64,000 nucleotides of DNA from Somniosus microcephalus (lineage: Eukaryota), in assembly GCA_052327205.1 (NCBI GenBank), contig JBMRGM010000040.1:41416001-41480000 (forward strand). The letters are read 5' to 3'. The number at the start of each line of letters is the position of its first letter. Within the stretch, counting starts at the first letter, position 1. The notes beneath the pieces were generated by a model. That model made no database searches, had not been told where the DNA came from, and was given only the letters and a program-made list of their open reading frames with translations. Of this stretch, positions 61,150-64,000 are shown in pieces. Position numbers and translations under genes: made by a program.

Positions 61150-61845
61150 TGACCTTCACCCCACAGTCCCAATTTCACCTTCACTCTGCTCAGTCAACGT
61201 TGCACCTTCACCCAGCCAGTTCCCCATTGCATCTTCACCCAGCCTGTTCCCCATTGCACATTCACCCCGCCGACTTCCATTGAACGTTCAGCCTGCCCAG
61301 TCCCTACTGCACCTTCACCACGCCCGATCCCCATTGCACCTTCAGCTCGCCCAGTCACCATTGCACCTTCACGCAGTCCGTTCTCGATTGCACGTTCACC
61401 CAGCCTGTACCGCATTGCACCTTCACCCTGTCCACTTCCAGAGAAAAATCAGACTGTCGAGTCCCTATTGCACCTTCACCCAGCCCGATCCCCATTGCAC
61501 CTTTGCCTAGTCCGTGCCCCACTGCACGTTCACCTAGCCCCTTCCCCATTGCACCTCCAACCCGCCCACGTCCATTGAACATTCACCCTGCCTAGACTCT
61601 CTTGCAACTTCACATCACCCAGTTTCCATTGCACCTTCATCTAGACTGTTCTCCATTGCAGCTCCACTGCACATCATCCATTGGATATTCACCATGGCCA
61701 CTTCCACTGAATATTTACACTGCCCAGTCACTATGGCACCTTCATCCCGCCCAGTTTAATTTGCAAATTCGCCCAGCCCACTTCCATTGCACCTTCAGCC
61801 TGCCCAGTCCCTATTACACCTTCACCCCGCCCAGTCCATATTGCT
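61150..61845 (+). repeat. 27-bp minisatellite, about 25 units
   Basis: Unit approximately TTGCACCTTCACCCAGCCAGTTCCCCA. Confidence 0.92.
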
Positions 61846-61849
61846 TTTG

Positions 61850-63290
61850 TAGTGGAAGGCACGGTCGCCAGTGGTGGATCGATTGAAATCCAGGATTCCC
61901 AAGAGGCCAGAATTGGAGGAGGGCAGAAACCTCAGATGATTGTAGGGATGGAAGAAGTTACAGAGATAGGGAGGGGCGAGGCCAGGGTGAGATTTGAAAG
62001 CAAGAATGAGAATATTAAAATTTAGACTTTGATGAACCGGGAGCAATTGTAGATCAGCGACCTCAGGGGGTGCTGGGTGAACGGGCCTTGCTGCGAGTTG
62101 GGATACAGGCAGCAGAGTTTTGGATGAGCTCAAGCTTAAAGAGGTTGGAAGATGATAGGGTTGCCAGGAGAGATTTGGAGTAATCAATCCTAGAGGCCAC
62201 CGCAGCATGTATGAGTGGTTCAGCAGCAGTTGAGCTGAGGCAGTGGCTGAGTCGGGTGATGTTACGGAGGTGGAAGTAGGCAGTCTTTGTGATGGAGAAG
62301 ATATGTGGTCGGAAGCTCAACTCGGGGTCAATTACAATGCCAAGGTTGCGCACGGTCTGGTCCAGCCTCATAAATTTGCCAGGGAGGGATGTAGTCGTTG
62401 GCTGGGAATGGAGTTTAAAGCAGGGACGAATACAATGACTTCGGTCTTCCCGATAATATGTTGCAGGAAATTTTTCCTCATCCAATCTGACAAGCGGTGT
62501 GACAAAATGGGGACAAGTGCCATGTTGGGAGAGGTGGTGGTGAGATGGAGCTGGGTGTCCCCGGCGTGCCTTTGAACAAGACGTTGTGTTTACAGATGAT
62601 ATCGCTGATGAGTAGCGTGTAGATGATGATAAGATGGGGCCAGAGGTAACAGTGTTGGAGCGAGCACAGAAGCCGTTGCAGGCTATGGTTATATAGATAA
62701 GAATAGAGCCAGGCGTTTGCAGTCCCACCCAGCTGGATGACGCTGGAGAGGCGTTGGAGGTGGTTTGTCCAGACAAAGGCATGAGACAGGTCGGAAAGGA
62801 CGAGAGGGAATAGCTTACCACAGACACAGTTACATAGAATACAAATTCTGACTTTGGTAAGGGCGATTTAGAAGTCGGGCAGGGGGCGATAGCTGATATG
62901 ACGTGGTCCAAAATGGAATTCTGTGAAAGATGGGCACGGACTTGGGAGTAGGCAGCACGAACAAGGACATGGTAATGAAAGGGATGTTGGAGATAGGGCG
63001 GTACTTGGCAAGGACACAGGCTTCAAGGATAGTTTTTGAGCAGTTGTTCATGACAGCGTCTTTGAAGGGGAGGGGAGAGTATGTGAGGAGAGAGAACCAT
63101 TAACAATATCAGCTAACATGCGGGCCAGGAAGTGAAGCTGGGTGGTCAGCAGTTTGGTGGGAATAGGAGCAAGTGAGCAGCAGGTGGGTCCCATAGACAA
63201 GTTGAGCTCGTAGAGGGCATGAGGGGAGCTAGGAGACAAATTGGAGAAAGATGCGAGTTCAGCGATGGAGCAGATTGGAAGCAACAGAGC
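61850..63290 (-). mobile_element. L2-clade LINE fragment
   Basis: YRPISNIPF and VRNLGIVIDPELSF...AYFHLRNI...SRIDY...LELIQNSAA. Confidence 0.88.
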
Positions 63291-63416
63291 ACACATGATA
63301 TCCCATTCATCAGTGCAATAGCAACCTGAAACTTCACTCAAAATAACTGTAATAACGATGGATATAAAGTGTGTCTGAGTGGAAACAAATCTCACTGATC
63401 TGTGTATCTCTTGCAG

Positions 63417-64000
63417 TTAACTTGGCGGCGATTGTGATCCTGTCCCGAGGAAAGTGCGGTCTCTCCAAATGTATCACTCGCTACCTGGTCGCCATGGCAA
63501 CGGCCGATCTCCTGGTAGTTTGTACGGATGTAATATTAAGCTGCATTGTTGAAATTTATTTCCCAGTTTCATTCTTGACAATTACCCCCGTGTGCTCTCT
63601 CAATATGGTCTTGCTTTGTGCAGCCACGGCGACCTCTGTCTGGTTCACAGTGGTTTTCACCTTCGATCGATTTGTGGCCATTTGTTGTCCGAAGCTGAAA
63701 ACAAAATATTGCACCGAGAAAACTGCGGCTGTTGTTATCGGGGTGGTGATTGCACTGGGTTGTTTAATAAACATTCCGTGGTACTTTGTATTTGACCATG
63801 AGTATATCATGGAGAACGTACCCTGGGGTTGTGTCTGGAAACCGACCTTTTTGACATCACCCGCCTGGGCAGCATTTGACGTCTTTATTCTTACTTTAAT
63901 CCCTTGTGTCCCATTCGTTCTGATTTTGTTGCTCAATGTTCTCACCGCTAGACACATTTTAATGTCCAGTCGAGTCCGGAGGGGACTCCGGGGCCTCAGC
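63417..64000 (+). CDS. GPR139/GPR142-like class A GPCR, coding exon 2 (partial, open to window end)
   Basis: Acceptor TCTCTTGCAG, then VNLAAIVILSRGKCGLSKCITRYLVAMATADLLVV...PVC...SVWFTVVFTFDRFVAICC...NIPWYF...GC...PCVPFVLILLLNVLTARHILMSSRVRRGLRGLS. 194 codons without a stop, covering TM1-TM5. Confidence 0.95.

Noticed and set aside
61019-61886. His/Pro-rich or Gly-rich ORFs
   Set aside because: Translations of the 27-bp minisatellite.
63556-63957. 133-aa minus-strand ORF
   Set aside because: Antisense to the GPCR exon.

Overview
Vertebrate, TE-saturated genomic DNA. The repeat content (CR1 LINEs with (ACATAAGA)n or (ACTCTATG)n tails, an HE1-type V-SINE, Penelope elements, Harbinger elements) points to a cartilaginous fish, probably a shark; this is inferred from repeat families, not from a database search. 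The only clear host gene is a two-exon class A GPCR of the GPR139/GPR142-like type (exon 1 52024-52093; exon 2 from 63417 past the window end), which the ORF track misses. Main observations: (1) an apparently intact 4.25-kb Harbinger transposon (34476-38729) with a DDE transposase and a convergent three-exon Myb/SANT gene; (2) a near full-length CR1 LINE (about 16890-22480) headed by 22 tandem 65-bp monomers, each with a perfect TATAAAAA box inside a short palindrome; (3) a TSD-flanked Penelope-derived 311-bp fold-back carrying two minimal hammerhead ribozymes, nested in a solo LTR, inside a CR1, inside a palindromic 74-bp satellite; (4) an old segmental duplication in which one copy is partly inverted at a Harbinger terminus (layout H'Y'X-YHX over 1-34 kb). 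The window also holds a decayed Gypsy element and many LINE and MITE fragments. Boundaries of old fragments are approximate because they were aligned by eye.
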